64,000 nt of DNA, taken from the IMG/VR virus record IMGVR_UViG_2767802067_000002, positions 1 to 64,000 of that record, one strand, 5' to 3'. The DNA comes from a virus. Its lineage: Duplodnaviria; Caudoviricetes. The position numbers were made by a program, and so were the translations under genes. The notes below the pieces were generated by a model. The model worked only from the letters and a program-made list of their open reading frames with translations. It was not told the origin of the DNA and ran no database searches. Below are positions 49,110-58,896 of this stretch, in pieces; position 1 is the first letter of the stretch; each line of letters opens with the position of its first letter.

Positions 49110-49278
49110 GTCGGCCTCCTGGTGCGCCTGGGGAAGGGCGCCGGCCAGCGGCTGACCTGCACCGGCCCGCGCGGCCAGGAATGATGACACATCAGACGTG
49201 GGCGGACGTTACTGGACAGTCCTGGACGGTTCCGGACGATCGTGGACGCCCGGCGCCGGTCGCCGCGGCCCGGAACGG

Positions 49279-49310
49279 GCGAAGCCCCCGCCGCGGGGCG
49301 GGGGCTTCGC
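49279..49310 (-). terminator. Terminator hairpin after tRNA
   Basis: GCGAAGCCCCCGCC...GGCGGGGGCTTCGC. Confidence 0.75.
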
Positions 49311-49315
49311 TGGGG

Positions 49316-49387
49316 AGCGCCAGCCAGGATTTGAACCTGGGCCTCTCAACCTGGAAGGCGAGCGTGCTCACACTGCACTACCGGCGC
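49316..49387 (-). tRNA. tRNA-Gly(TCC), atypical
   Basis: GCGCCGG/CTGGCGC acceptor plus U discriminator, GTGC/GCAC D-stem, CTTCCAG loop, CCAGG-TTCAAAT-CCTGG T-arm. Confidence 0.8.
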
Positions 49388-49694
49388 ACGCCCGGCTGCG
49401 ACGCTGCACGCTCAGCCGGACAGGACAGATGATGACACATCGGACGGTGGGGCCGGTAACGGATCACGTACGGAGCGTGTCCGGCGGGCCCTGTGGCGGC
49501 CTGTCGGGCGGGTCGTGGGAGGGGGGAGGGCATCGGGGGGTGGCACTCTTAGACGTGCCGGAGGGGCCTTGCGGGGGCTTCACCCCTCCGATCCGGGCCG
49601 GACCTTCTGGGCAGTCGGGCGGCGCGGGAGCTGGAGAAGGCCGAAGGGCCAGGGCGCTCGGTCCACCCTGGCCCTTCGCCGCGCTCGGCGCCGG

Positions 49695-51710
49695 TCAACC
49701 CTCCCAGCAGGCGACCACCATCCCGGCCGCCGGGGCGGGTGCGGTCGCGGCCTCGGCGATGATCTCGGCCATGCTCACGTCCAGGCGGAAGCGGTGGCCG
49801 GTCATCTCCTCCGCGAGGGCATAGCGGGCGGCCAGCGCGGGCTGCAGGTGGGCGGCACGCACGAGCGCGGCCCGGGAGGCCAACACGCAGTTGCCCGTCA
49901 TCAGGTCCTCGGCCAGCGCGAACGCCTGGGCGCCGGGGACGACCGCGCAGTACACCTCCTCGACCCGATCGGTCGGGGTCACCTCGTCGACCACCCACAG
50001 CCTGTCGTGCGCTTCGCGGACGGTGGCCTTCTCGGCAATCCGGTCGCGGTGGGCGTCGATCTTCCAGAACCAGTCCGGCAGGTCGGTGGCGTCCAGCGTG
50101 ATCGTGTAGAGCGGCGTGGCCGCCTTGCCCGTCCCGACCCGCATCGACGTCCTCACCGGCCCGTACCCGACGCCGCACACCGCGGCGACATCCCGGATCA
50201 CCTGCATCGACTCCTTGCTCGCCGAGGCCATCCGGGCGGAGCCGTGCTCGGTCACGGTTCCGTCGGCCGCGAAGTAGCCAGCGAGCCAGGACAGCAGGAA
50301 CGACCGGGACTCCCGCAAGTCCGGGCCTTCCTTCCAGAGCCGGGGCAGGCCGTAGATCCTCAGTGCGTCCTTGCCGTTCAGCCTGGTCGGCTTGGGCCGG
50401 TGCGCGGCGAAGTAGGGCAGGATCGCACCGTCCTTCTCAGCCAGGTGGATGTCGAGGCATGCGGGGCGGTCGCCCGACCCCTTCGTCCCGTCGCCGTACA
50501 CGAAGCCCTGCGCGACCGCGAACGGTACTTCCCCGCCCTGGGCCAGCGACTGCGCCTTCACGCTGCGCAGCCTGGTGCCCAGGGTCAGCTCGCTGGTGAC
50601 CAGCTCGACCGTCACGTCCTCGTAGCCGTTGTGGCGGCCGTCCTTCTTCGGCGGCCGCAGCTTCCGGTCCCAGGTCAGCCACCGGTGCTCGGCGGTGGCG
50701 TGGACGATCCGGGTCTGCCGCCCGCGGTGCATCGTGATGCGCCACAGCCGCTGGACGCCGAACGCTCGGACTTCCACCTCCTTGAACGATCCGGCCCCGC
50801 TCAGCCCGTACGGAGTGACCTTCGGGATCAGCAGCTCATGTCGCCCGCCGGCGAGCTCCGCGATCGGGCGCAGCCCGGCCCGGGTCACGACCTCGGTCTC
50901 ACCGGCGAGGCAGAACACGCAGCTCAGGCGCGGCATCCCAGCCTTGTAGGCGGGGTGCGGGCGGGTGCCCGCGACGAAGATCGCGGCCCAGACGTCCGCC
51001 GTTGACCAGCCGTGGATAGGCAGCCAGGTGTCCACCCACCGCAGGGTGTTCGACGCACCGTGCTGCATCCGGTCCTTGGCCGGGATCTTCTTCGGTTTGA
51101 GCCCGGCGGCCTCGGCGGCCTTGGCGGCCTCCTTCGCGGCCTCGGTGGCCTTCCGGCGCCGCTGGCACTCCGCGCACGGGCAGGTCTTCGAGCCGTCGTG
51201 GCAGAAGGGCACGAGCTTGCGCCGGGCGGCGCTCTCGTCCGCGCGCAGGCCCATCACGTTGAGGATCCGGACCACGCCGACGTGGCCGGCGGCCCGGGCC
51301 TCGTTCACCAGCATGGTGATCAGCTTCCGGATCGGCCCGCGCTTAAAATCCGATGTACACCACCTGTTGTCGGCCGAAGGCCACATGCCGCGTTCTTCGA
51401 CGCGCTCGATCAGGTTGGAGCCGACCCGCTGCACCGTCTCGAACCGCAGGCCGTAGTGCCGGGCGTGCTCCTCGGCGAGCTCCCGCACCCCGGGCCACTC
51501 GACGATCCCGAGGTCCGCGTGCACCACCACGACCCGGTCCGCGACGCCGGCCGCCGTGGCGTGCAGCATCAGCTCCGCGAGCATCGCCTGCGAGTCCTTG
51601 CCCCCACTGACGTTCGCGATGATCCACCGGTACGAGGCGAGGTCCGGCACCTCGGGGCGCAGCTCGACCAGGTCGAACGCGGCCTGCCCGGGGATGACTC
51701 GTCGCGCCAT
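49695..51710 (-). CDS. PAPS-reductase-family (PP-loop) protein with intein
   Basis: SGGKDS, RWCTSDFKRGP, GLRADES..R, HPAY..G..RLSCVF[intein]C. Confidence 0.88.
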   Translation of the reverse strand: MARRVIPGQAAFDLVELRPEVPDLASYRWIIANVSGGKDSQAMLAELMLHATAAGVADRVVVVHADLGIVEWPGVRELAEEHARHYGLRFETVQRVGSNLIERVEERGMWPSADNRWCTSDFKRGPIRKLITMLVNEARAAGHVGVVRILNVMGLRADESAARRKLVPFCHDGSKTCPCAECQRRRKATEAAKEAAKAAEAAGLKPKKIPAKDRMQHGASNTLRWVDTWLPIHGWSTADVWAAIFVAGTRPHPAYKAGMPRLSCVFCLAGETEVVTRAGLRPIAELAGGRHELLIPKVTPYGLSGAGSFKEVEVRAFGVQRLWRITMHRGRQTRIVHATAEHRWLTWDRKLRPPKKDGRHNGYEDVTVELVTSELTLGTRLRSVKAQSLAQGGEVPFAVAQGFVYGDGTKGSGDRPACLDIHLAEKDGAILPYFAAHRPKPTRLNGKDALRIYGLPRLWKEGPDLRESRSFLLSWLAGYFAADGTVTEHGSARMASASKESMQVIRDVAAVCGVGYGPVRTSMRVGTGKAATPLYTITLDATDLPDWFWKIDAHRDRIAEKATVREAHDRLWVVDEVTPTDRVEEVYCAVVPGAQAFALAEDLMTGNCVLASRAALVRAAHLQPALAARYALAEEMTGHRFRLDVSMAEIIAEAATAPAPAAGMVVACWEG
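49890..50912 (-). mobile_element. Intein (341 aa) with LAGLIDADG endonuclease
   Basis: N-terminus CLAGETEV, block B HATAEHRW, QGFVYGDG and LAGYFAADG, C-terminus TGN followed by C. Confidence 0.9.
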
Positions 51711-51769
51711 CTGCTCCTCCTTCGGGGTGGGGGCCGGGACCTTACGGCCCCGGCCCGGCTGTCGGTCGG

Positions 51770-52066
51770 TCAGCTCGCCTGGTAGGCGGTCAGGTCGCTG
51801 TCGGGGGCCAGCGCGAGGCCCAGGCGGGCGAGCAGCCGGTCGACGGCCTCGCGGGCGGTGGCGCCCCGGGCCGTGTCGACGCGACCGAGGGCGTCCATCG
51901 CTTCGACGCCGAGCTCCTCGAGGACCCGCGCGCGCCGGACCGGGTCGGTCGGAGCGGGCGCGGCGTCCCACAGGGTGTAGCCGGCGCCGTCGCGGCCGAC
52001 GATGACGAACTCGCGCTCGCCGGGGTCGGCGGTGCCGGTCGCGGGGGTCTGGGCGGTGGTGCTCAT
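51770..52066 (-). CDS. Hypothetical protein
   Basis: AAGGAG RBS. Confidence 0.7.
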   Translation of the reverse strand: MSTTAQTPATGTADPGEREFVIVGRDGAGYTLWDAAPAPTDPVRRARVLEELGVEAMDALGRVDTARGATAREAVDRLLARLGLALAPDSDLTAYQAS

Positions 52067-52091
52067 CGGGCTCTCCTTCGTGGTGGTGGGT

Positions 52092-52133
52092 GGGGGTCGG
52101 GGCGCGGCCGGATTCCCGCCCGGCCGCGCCCGG
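52092..52133 (-). repeat. Intergenic hairpin repeat A (identical copy at 53898-53939, variant at about 54448-54482)
   Basis: GGCGCGGCCGG-GCGGGAAT-CCGGCCGCGCC on minus strand. Confidence 0.85.
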
Positions 52134-52138
52134 CGCGG

Positions 52139-52612
52139 TCAGGCCGCGGTCGCCAGGCAGGCGGCCAGCACCTCCCGCGCGGTCTCGTCGACCGAGGTCG
52201 CGATCAGGTCGGTGACCGTCTCGGGGCACAGCGGGTACGGGTACTCGCCGCCGGTGTACCGGTCGCCCTTGCCGAGCAGCCGGTCGGCCTCGTCGCTGGT
52301 CAGCGCGGTGCCGTCCGCCAGGTTCCAGGCCCACAGGCCGTGCGCGCCGTCGTCGTTGACGTCCGGGACGGTCACGGCCACGACGGCGGGCGCGTCGTCG
52401 TCCAGCGCGGTGGCGATCGTGTCGAGCAGCCGGCCGAGCTCCAGCCGGTCGAAGCCGACCTCCCACTCGGGGCCGAGCTCGCCGACGGCCTGGGCGAAGC
52501 CGCCGCGCTCGGCGATGACCGCGAGGGTGATCCGGGCGTCGTCTTCGAAGACGACGTTGAACGCGGCGGTGACGACCTGGGCGGCCCGGGCGATGGTGGA
52601 GGTGCTGCGCAT
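52139..52612 (-). CDS. Hypothetical protein
   Basis: GAGGG RBS; ends LATAA. Confidence 0.7.
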   Translation of the reverse strand: MRSTSTIARAAQVVTAAFNVVFEDDARITLAVIAERGGFAQAVGELGPEWEVGFDRLELGRLLDTIATALDDDAPAVVAVTVPDVNDDGAHGLWAWNLADGTALTSDEADRLLGKGDRYTGGEYPYPLCPETVTDLIATSVDETAREVLAACLATAA

Positions 52613-52752
52613 CGTGATCCCTCTCTGGGTGGTCGTGTGGGAGGCTGTGGGGGTCGCGTTCGCCTGGGGTCGAGGTACCTGGTGGGGCGGGCGCGACCAG
52701 CGCGGCCGACGGATTCCCACGCTTTTGCGCCCGTCGGCCGCGCACCTGCCGG

Positions 52753-53871
52753 TCAGGCCGCGGCGGCCTCGTCGCCGTTCTCCTCGGCGGCGAACATCGC
52801 GTCGAGCTGTCCCAGCTGGTCGACCTGCTCGGCGGTGAGCGCACCGTCCGGGTCGCCGACCGTGTCGTACAGTTCGACCGCCGTGCGCAGCGCGCCGCGC
52901 ACTCCGAGCCCGCCGACCAGGCGCAGCGGGCCGTCGAGGTCGCCGTCGTAGTCGGCGAACAGGCCGGCGAGCTTGGTCACCTGCCCGACCTGTGCGCTGC
53001 TGAGCTGGTCGTACGGGTCGCCGTAGGAGCCCAGCAGCTCGACGGCCGCGCGCACCGCGCTCAGCACGCCCACCGCGCCGAGCAGTTCGAGCGCCCCGGC
53101 GATCGGCCGGGTGGTCGCGGCGCGCGGGGTGCCGGGCAGGGCGACGGTGAACACCCCAGTGCCGCGCCCCTCCTCCTCCCAGCCGAAGTCGCCCAGGATC
53201 TCCTCGTCGGTCCGGACGAAGGTCAGGGTGTCGGTCAGGTAGCCGTTCGCGTCGAAGGCGAGCTTGTCGAACGCGCCGTCCTGGGGCTCCGTCCACACGG
53301 TCTCGGTGCCCTGGTGGACGGCGGCCAGGGCCAGGCCCTTGGTGCGGACCGTGATGTCGGTCGCGTCCGGGTACTGCTCGCGGACGGCCATGCCGATCAT
53401 CGCGAGCCCGGCCTTCATCATGGCCTCGCGGGCGCGCTGCGCGTCCTCGAACGCCCACTCGTAGCTGCCGGTGATGTCGTCGGCCTCCGCCTGGGCAGGG
53501 GCCGGGGCGGCGGCCGCGGCCTGCTGGACGCGGTTGGCGGCGTTCCGCCGCCGGATGCGGGCGATCTCCGCGACCGCGCTCCGGACTGCGCTGCGCCGGG
53601 TGTGGCCGGTGGCCCACACCTTCTTGAAGCCGTCGACGTCCCGGACCTCCCAGCCGCCGAACGACCGGTAGACGGTCACCTGCCAGTCGGTGGCGTCCTC
53701 CGCCGGCGGGACGTCCGCCGGGAAGTCGGCGGGCACGGTGAACAGGTAGCCCTCGCGGCCGTACAGGGCGTCCGTCTCGATCGGGGCCGGGCCGGGCCGG
53801 TTCGGGCCGTACTTGGTGAGCTTGACGGCCAGGTCGATGCCGTCGGCGGTGGTGGTGGTGATGGTGGTCAT
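52753..53871 (-). CDS. Multidomain hypothetical protein; central domain paralogous to 53945-54316
   Basis: AMIGMAVREQYPDAT..HQGTETVW..DFGWE vs AMIAEAIRAEHPGAT..HQGGETVW..DFGWE. Confidence 0.75.
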   Translation of the reverse strand: MTTITTTTADGIDLAVKLTKYGPNRPGPAPIETDALYGREGYLFTVPADFPADVPPAEDATDWQVTVYRSFGGWEVRDVDGFKKVWATGHTRRSAVRSAVAEIARIRRRNAANRVQQAAAAAPAPAQAEADDITGSYEWAFEDAQRAREAMMKAGLAMIGMAVREQYPDATDITVRTKGLALAAVHQGTETVWTEPQDGAFDKLAFDANGYLTDTLTFVRTDEEILGDFGWEEEGRGTGVFTVALPGTPRAATTRPIAGALELLGAVGVLSAVRAAVELLGSYGDPYDQLSSAQVGQVTKLAGLFADYDGDLDGPLRLVGGLGVRGALRTAVELYDTVGDPDGALTAEQVDQLGQLDAMFAAEENGDEAAAA

Positions 53872-53944
53872 CGGGTTCTCCTCTTGGCTGGTGGCTTGGG
53901 GGTCGGGGCGCGGCCGGATTCCCGCCCGGCCGCGCCCGGGGCGG

Positions 53945-54316
53945 TCAGGCCGCGGTCGGCAGGGGGACGGTGAACACCTCCACCTGGTGCTCGTCCTGCT
54001 CCCAGCCGAAGTCGCACAGGGTCTCGTCGTCGCCGTCCCGGACGAAGCCCAGGAGGTCGGCCAGCATGCGGTGGACGTCGTCGGCGAGCAGGTTGAAGAC
54101 CTTGGGGTCGTGGGCCCACACGGTCTCGCCGCCCTGGTGGATGGCGGTCAGCGTCGCGTTCGCGGCGTGGATCGTGATGCCGGTCGCGCCGGGGTGCTCG
54201 GCGCGGATGGCCTCGGCGATCATCGCGACGCTGGCGGTCGCCAGGGCTTCGCGGGCGTGGAGCGCGGCGGCGTAGGCCGCTTCGCTGGCGGCGATGAGGG
54301 CGGTGGTGATGCGCAT
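53945..54316 (-). CDS. Hypothetical protein
   Basis: GAGGAG RBS; paralogy as above. Confidence 0.75.
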   Translation of the reverse strand: MRITTALIAASEAAYAAALHAREALATASVAMIAEAIRAEHPGATGITIHAANATLTAIHQGGETVWAHDPKVFNLLADDVHRMLADLLGFVRDGDDETLCDFGWEQDEHQVEVFTVPLPTAA

Positions 54317-54337
54317 CGGGTTCTCCTCTGGCGGTCT

Positions 54338-54353
54338 TAGTGGGTAGGCACTA
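54338..54353. promoter_or_regulatory. Palindromic operator TAGTGG-N4-CCACTA (1 mismatch)
   Basis: One of five copies; overlaps a CATAGT -10-like hexamer. Confidence 0.65.
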
Positions 54354-54488
54354 TGTTCAACGCCGGGGCGTCCCTGGAGTACCGGGGTGACGCCGGGTAT
54401 TTTCAGAAAATCGCAGCTCAGCGGGCATTTGTCCTCACCCGGAGCCGGGGGCGCAGCCGGACTCCCGCCCGGCCACGCCCGGTGCGGG

Positions 54489-56333
54489 TCAGGCCGCGAG
54501 GGCCAGCCAGGGGCGCCCCTGGCCCGGCGCGTACCGGCTGATCTCCTCGCCGGTGATGCACTCGGTCAGGGCGCACATCAAGATCTCGGCGACGTTGGGC
54601 GTCACCGCGTTGCCGTACTGCTTGACCCGGGCCCTCTTCGAGCCGAGCACGATGTAGTCGTCCGCGAAGCTCATCGCGCGGCCGATCTCGTGGGGCTGGA
54701 GCATCCGGAACAGGACCCGCGAGAGGTCCCACTCGCCGTCCGGGGTGATGAACGCGAACCTGTCGCGGGTCGACTGGGTGCCCATCGGCTCGCTCACCGG
54801 CTTGGCCCGGCCGTTGCCGTAGTACGGGACGAGGAGGCCGTCCCCGGGGGTCACCAGCGACTGGTGGCCCGCCGCGGTCAGGGTCCGCAGCGGCTCGCTG
54901 ACCGGGGTGCACATCTGACCGGGATCGCCGTTCGGGGTGTTGTTCCGCATCACGAACGCGGAGGTCACCAAGCCGTGGTGGTTGCCGCCGGCCGACACGG
55001 TGTGCAGCGGCTCCCGGATGTGCCTGGCCTTCTCCAGGTCGCCGCCGCCGCGCATCGGGATGATGAACGGCGCGTAGGCGAGGGCCGTCTCCAGCCTGGT
55101 CGTCTGGGTGCGCAGCGGGTCGTCCAGGCGCATCGCCTTCTTCCCGTCGCGGCCCTCGCAGGGAATCAGCAGCGGCGGGATCACCAGGCCGTCGCTCTCG
55201 CGGGTGGTGCGGGTCGCCATCGGGTCGCAGACGCTCGCGGCGCCGTTCCGCCAGGTGCCGCCGGTCGGGACGAGCAGCGGGCCCGGCTGGCCGCCGGTCA
55301 GATCGTCGCCGAACAGCGCACCCTGCTGGTCCCCGAGCGGGCCGCCGGGGGTCGGCCAGAACTTCTCGACCCCGGCCCGGATGCGGGCCATCGTGTTCGG
55401 GGCCAGCCCTTCCGGGCACTCCTCGGACTTCGGCCGGTCACCGATGGGCGTTCCTTCGATCCCCCAGTCGATCGCCGCGGCGGCCGGGAGGACGTCGGGC
55501 TCGACGACCTGGCCGCACGAGGACTTCGGGCACCGGTAGGTGTAGCTGGCGCGGTACCGGCCCATGTCCTGGCCTGGCTTGTTGAACACCTGCATCGAGT
55601 CGACCCACTCGGCGCAGTTGACGCAGAACGCCTTGGGGCGGAGCCACTTGTCCCAGTCGGGGTGGCGGCCAAGGGACTTGTGCCAGTACGCGACGTACAG
55701 CCGGTCGCGGCTCTGCGGGGCACGGTGCACGCTGCGCGGGTCGGCGTGCATCGAGTTCAGCGCGATGACCCGCACGAAGTAGCCGAGCTTGCGGATCTCG
55801 TTCAGCCACTGGTCCCAGTCGACCCAGCTCCTGACGTCCGTCACGTTCTCGACCACTCCGGCCTTGACCAGGCCGCCGCGCTCGATCACCCCGCGCAGGT
55901 AGAGCGGCACCTCCTCCATCAGGGCCCGCGACTCTTCCTCCTCCTTCGTGGGGCCGACCGGCTGCCCGTTCTCGTCGAGGAGCGCGGCCTCCTGCTCGGC
56001 GTACAGGCTCAGCAGGTCACCCTGCATCGCCTTGTCGAAGTCCCGCTTCTTGCCCTTGGCGGATGACCAATTGGTGCACTCTGGGGAGGCCCAGAACAGG
56101 TCCGTAATCTCCCACGCCCAGACCGGGGCCTTGCGGATGTCGCCCCGGTAGTGGGCGACGCCGGGGAAGTTGGCCTCGTGGCTGTCGATGGCCTGCTTCC
56201 AGTGGTTCGCCGCGCGGGCCACCCGCAGGCCGGGCACCGCGTGCATGCCCTGGGACGAGCCGCCTGCCCCGCTGAACCAGTCTTGGACCGTGAGCTCGTT
56301 CTGGTCGGCCCACTTCGTCCGCATCGCTGCCAT
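54489..56333 (-). CDS. DNA (cytosine-5)-methyltransferase
   Basis: DWFSGAGG (motif I), ASPECT (IV), ENV (VI), QSRDR (VIII), YGNAV (X). Confidence 0.93.
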   Translation of the reverse strand: MAAMRTKWADQNELTVQDWFSGAGGSSQGMHAVPGLRVARAANHWKQAIDSHEANFPGVAHYRGDIRKAPVWAWEITDLFWASPECTNWSSAKGKKRDFDKAMQGDLLSLYAEQEAALLDENGQPVGPTKEEEESRALMEEVPLYLRGVIERGGLVKAGVVENVTDVRSWVDWDQWLNEIRKLGYFVRVIALNSMHADPRSVHRAPQSRDRLYVAYWHKSLGRHPDWDKWLRPKAFCVNCAEWVDSMQVFNKPGQDMGRYRASYTYRCPKSSCGQVVEPDVLPAAAAIDWGIEGTPIGDRPKSEECPEGLAPNTMARIRAGVEKFWPTPGGPLGDQQGALFGDDLTGGQPGPLLVPTGGTWRNGAASVCDPMATRTTRESDGLVIPPLLIPCEGRDGKKAMRLDDPLRTQTTRLETALAYAPFIIPMRGGGDLEKARHIREPLHTVSAGGNHHGLVTSAFVMRNNTPNGDPGQMCTPVSEPLRTLTAAGHQSLVTPGDGLLVPYYGNGRAKPVSEPMGTQSTRDRFAFITPDGEWDLSRVLFRMLQPHEIGRAMSFADDYIVLGSKRARVKQYGNAVTPNVAEILMCALTECITGEEISRYAPGQGRPWLALAA

Positions 56334-56350
56334 CGTTTCGCTCTCTTCCC

Positions 56351-56409
56351 GCTGGGGTCGGTGGTGGGTTGGCCGGCCGGGCGGGATTCCCGCCCCGCCC
56401 GGTCGGCGG
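56351..56409 (-). repeat. Intergenic hairpin repeat B (near-identical copy at 57814-57871)
   Basis: CCGACCGGGCGGGGCGGGAATCCCGCCCGGCCGG. Confidence 0.85.
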
Positions 56410-56425
56410 GGGTGGTGAGGGTAGG

Positions 56426-56521
56426 TCAGCCGCGGCGCGCGGCGCTGGTCTGGACGACGCTTCCGCGCAGCCTCTCGGGGAGGCCCCCGAGGCTCGGGGC
56501 GCTGTCGCTGGTGGCTCGCAT
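56426..56521 (-). CDS. Possible 31-aa leader peptide
   Basis: GAAGGAAG RBS, ATG...TGA between promoter box and methylase. Confidence 0.35.
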   Translation of the reverse strand: MRATSDSAPSLGGLPERLRGSVVQTSAARRG

Positions 56522-56586
56522 GTTCTTCCTTCGCTGGTGGGTTGGTGTGTTGTTGATCTACTTCCATCATTCCCAAGTGGATTTGA

Positions 56587-56612
56587 GCTAACCCATTTGA
56601 CCAAATGGATTT
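56587..56612. promoter_or_regulatory. AT-rich box GCTAACCCATTTGRCCAAATGRATTT (copy at 58966-58991, variant near 63649-63670)
   Basis: Contains CATTTG-N2-CAAATG palindrome; upstream of operon starts. Confidence 0.7.
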
Positions 56613-56683
56613 AGGAAAGATTCGGGGCTCGCAGGCGAACGGGCGGCGGGCATTGTGCCCGCCGCCCGCCTCCTGGCGCTCGG

Positions 56684-57802
56684 TCAGGCCGCGGCGCTGG
56701 TGCGGCGCTCGGCGCGGCGGGCGCGGTCGCGCTCGCGGCGGCAGGTGCGGCAGGTCCGGCGGCTCTTGTGCCGGTAGGTGTTCGCCTCGTCGTAGGCGTG
56801 GCCGTTCTTGCAGCGCTCGACCGGCTCCGGGTGCTGCTCGGCACCGCACTTCGGGCACTGCGCCTCGTGCGCCTCGGGGAACGCGCCGCAGTCGCAGGAC
56901 CAAGTCTCGATGCACCAGGTCCAGCCGCTGCCGCCGCCGATGGCGTACAGGCCGTCGGCGTCGCGGGCGATGATCTCGACCGTGCGCTCCGGGTCGCGCT
57001 CGTCGTAGTGCTGCCAGCCGACGAGCATCACGACGGCCAGGGCGTCGCCGCCGAGGCCGCCGTCGATGACGTGGACGGTATCGAAGGTGCCCGCGCCGTA
57101 CTGCTCGTTCAGGCGGGCGGTGTCGGCCGCGAGCTGGCGAGCGGCGTCCAGGGTGAAGCGCGGGCTGACGTAACTGTTCCGGGTGGCGGGCGGGGTGACC
57201 CGGGCCGGTGCGCTGATGACGTCGGTGTCGATGCACACCCGGGTGTCGATGTCGCCGGCGGGCTCGGGCTTCGCGGCCCGTGCGGCGGCCTGCTGCTCGG
57301 CGGCCTGGTTCGCGGCGTACTGCTCGGCCTTCTCGTCGGCAGGCATCTCGCAGTCCTCGCGGAGCTGGCCGCAGCCCGAGCAGTGGGTCTCGTGCCAGTC
57401 GGTGCCGTCGTCGCAGTCGACGCACCACCAGGACGCCGCGTACCAGCACCACTCCCAGCCGCCGATGCCGTACAGGCCGTCCTCGTCGGGCTCGATGATG
57501 TCCGTGCATTCCTCGGGGCCGGAGTCGGGGAGGTACTGCCAGGAGACCTTGGTGACGATCGCGCGCGGGGTGCCGTCCGGGTTGGTGCCGCCTTCGACGA
57601 TGTGGACGGTGTCGACGCAGTCGCGGCCGAACTCCTCGGCCTGCTGGTCGAGGAACTTGGCGAGCTTGCGGACGGTGGTCAGGTCGAAGCAGGGTGACAG
57701 CCAGCCGTTCCACCGGTTGGTCGGGTCGACCATGGCCGGGAAGTCGGGGCCGTCGAGGGTCACGAGGGTGGCGACACGGTTGGGGTAGCGGGTGGAGGTC
57801 AT
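56684..57802 (-). CDS. Protein with two tandem YxIGGxxWxW domains and zinc ribbons
   Basis: PxF.L..VR.LA...DTVH(I/V)...Y.IGG..W.W twice; CKNGH...CRTC tail. Confidence 0.8.
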   Translation of the reverse strand: MTSTRYPNRVATLVTLDGPDFPAMVDPTNRWNGWLSPCFDLTTVRKLAKFLDQQAEEFGRDCVDTVHIVEGGTNPDGTPRAIVTKVSWQYLPDSGPEECTDIIEPDEDGLYGIGGWEWCWYAASWWCVDCDDGTDWHETHCSGCGQLREDCEMPADEKAEQYAANQAAEQQAAARAAKPEPAGDIDTRVCIDTDVISAPARVTPPATRNSYVSPRFTLDAARQLAADTARLNEQYGAGTFDTVHVIDGGLGGDALAVVMLVGWQHYDERDPERTVEIIARDADGLYAIGGGSGWTWCIETWSCDCGAFPEAHEAQCPKCGAEQHPEPVERCKNGHAYDEANTYRHKSRRTCRTCRRERDRARRAERRTSAAA

Positions 57803-57884
57803 CGTTCGCTCCTGCTGGGGTCGGTGGTGGGTGGCCGGCCGGGCGGGATTCCCGCCCCGCCCGGTCGGCGGAGGTGAGTGGGGG

Positions 57885-58376
57885 TCAGGCGGTGGCGTCG
57901 GCGGGCGCGGCCTGGTCGTCGCGGGCGCGGCCGCAGTTCTCGCAGGTGGCGGTGTGCCACTCGTCGCGCAGGCCGCAGGCGCACTGCCAGGACGCCGTCT
58001 CCCAGGCCCAGTGGTTGCCGATCCAGTACCGGCCGGTGCGGTCCGGGGTGACGATGCGGGTCGCGGCTCGCGGGCTATTGACCGCGCGGTCCCAGGTGAT
58101 GACCATGACGACGGCCATCGGGACGGACGGGTCCTCGTCCTCGTCCTCGTCGTCGAAGTCGCGGGGTGCGGGGTCGTTGCCGCTGTCGTCGCCGAGGACG
58201 TGGACGGTCACGGTGCCGTCGTGGCCGGCGCGCTCGGCGAGGGCCTGCGTGGCGGTGGCGAGGGCGCGGGCGTCGGCCAGGGAGAAGGCGTGAGCGCGGT
58301 CGGGGGCGTCGAGGTCCACTTCGGCGTTCACGACCTGGTCGCCGTCCAGGAGGAGGCGGGTGGGGGTGAGGTGCAT
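57885..58376 (-). CDS. Paralogue of the same domain with zinc ribbon
   Basis: FSLADARALA...TVHVL...YWIGNHWAW...CACG...CENC. Confidence 0.75.
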   Translation of the reverse strand: MHLTPTRLLLDGDQVVNAEVDLDAPDRAHAFSLADARALATATQALAERAGHDGTVTVHVLGDDSGNDPAPRDFDDEDEDEDPSVPMAVVMVITWDRAVNSPRAATRIVTPDRTGRYWIGNHWAWETASWQCACGLRDEWHTATCENCGRARDDQAAPADATA

Positions 58377-58440
58377 GGCGTTCTCCTCTGTCGGGGTCTG
58401 CGGTTGCTGGTGGGCTGTGCTGGATGGGGCTGGCGGTCGG

Positions 58441-58896
58441 TCAGAACAGGGCCGGCTGAGCGAGGGCCGGGGCGGGGGCGGGGCGGCGGATGCGCGGCTT
58501 GGCGCCGAGCTCGGGGACCTGCTGGCCGGTCCGCTCGGTCCACCAGCTCGCGAAGTGCTGGCGGTGGCAGAAGTTGCCGGGCTTGCTCAGAACGTCGAAG
58601 CACAGGAGGACGAGCGGGGTGTCTCCGGCGCCGATCGCGTCGCCGATGGCCTCCAGTTCGGCGCGGACCTTGGCGACGCCGACCTTGTCGAGCTGGTCGC
58701 GGTAGCGGAGCTCGTAGGCGTCCTCGGCGAGGTCCGCGGCGAGGAGCCCCCAGCTCGGGGTGAGGGTGCGGGCGTGCCCGGCGACCGGCTCGAAGAAGGA
58801 CCGGGCCGCCCCGGCCGTGGTGCGCACGGGGACGCCCATCGTGAGCCGGTACTCCTGGTAGGTGCAGGTCGCGAGGTTCAGCTGGCCAGGGAGCAT
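58441..58896 (-). CDS. DUF488-like protein
   Basis: LVLLCFD...CHR..F..W; LTPS. Confidence 0.75.
   Translation of the reverse strand: MLPGQLNLATCTYQEYRLTMGVPVRTTAGAARSFFEPVAGHARTLTPSWGLLAADLAEDAYELRYRDQLDKVGVAKVRAELEAIGDAIGAGDTPLVLLCFDVLSKPGNFCHRQHFASWWTERTGQQVPELGAKPRIRRPAPAPALAQPALF

Noticed and set aside
49316-49387. tRNA as an integration (att) site
   Set aside because: No duplicated 3' end or integrase seen, and phage genes continue on both sides
49695-51710. Complete Dnd/Ssp phosphorothioate system
   Set aside because: No cysteine desulfurase, DndD/E or SspB/C recognisable in the window
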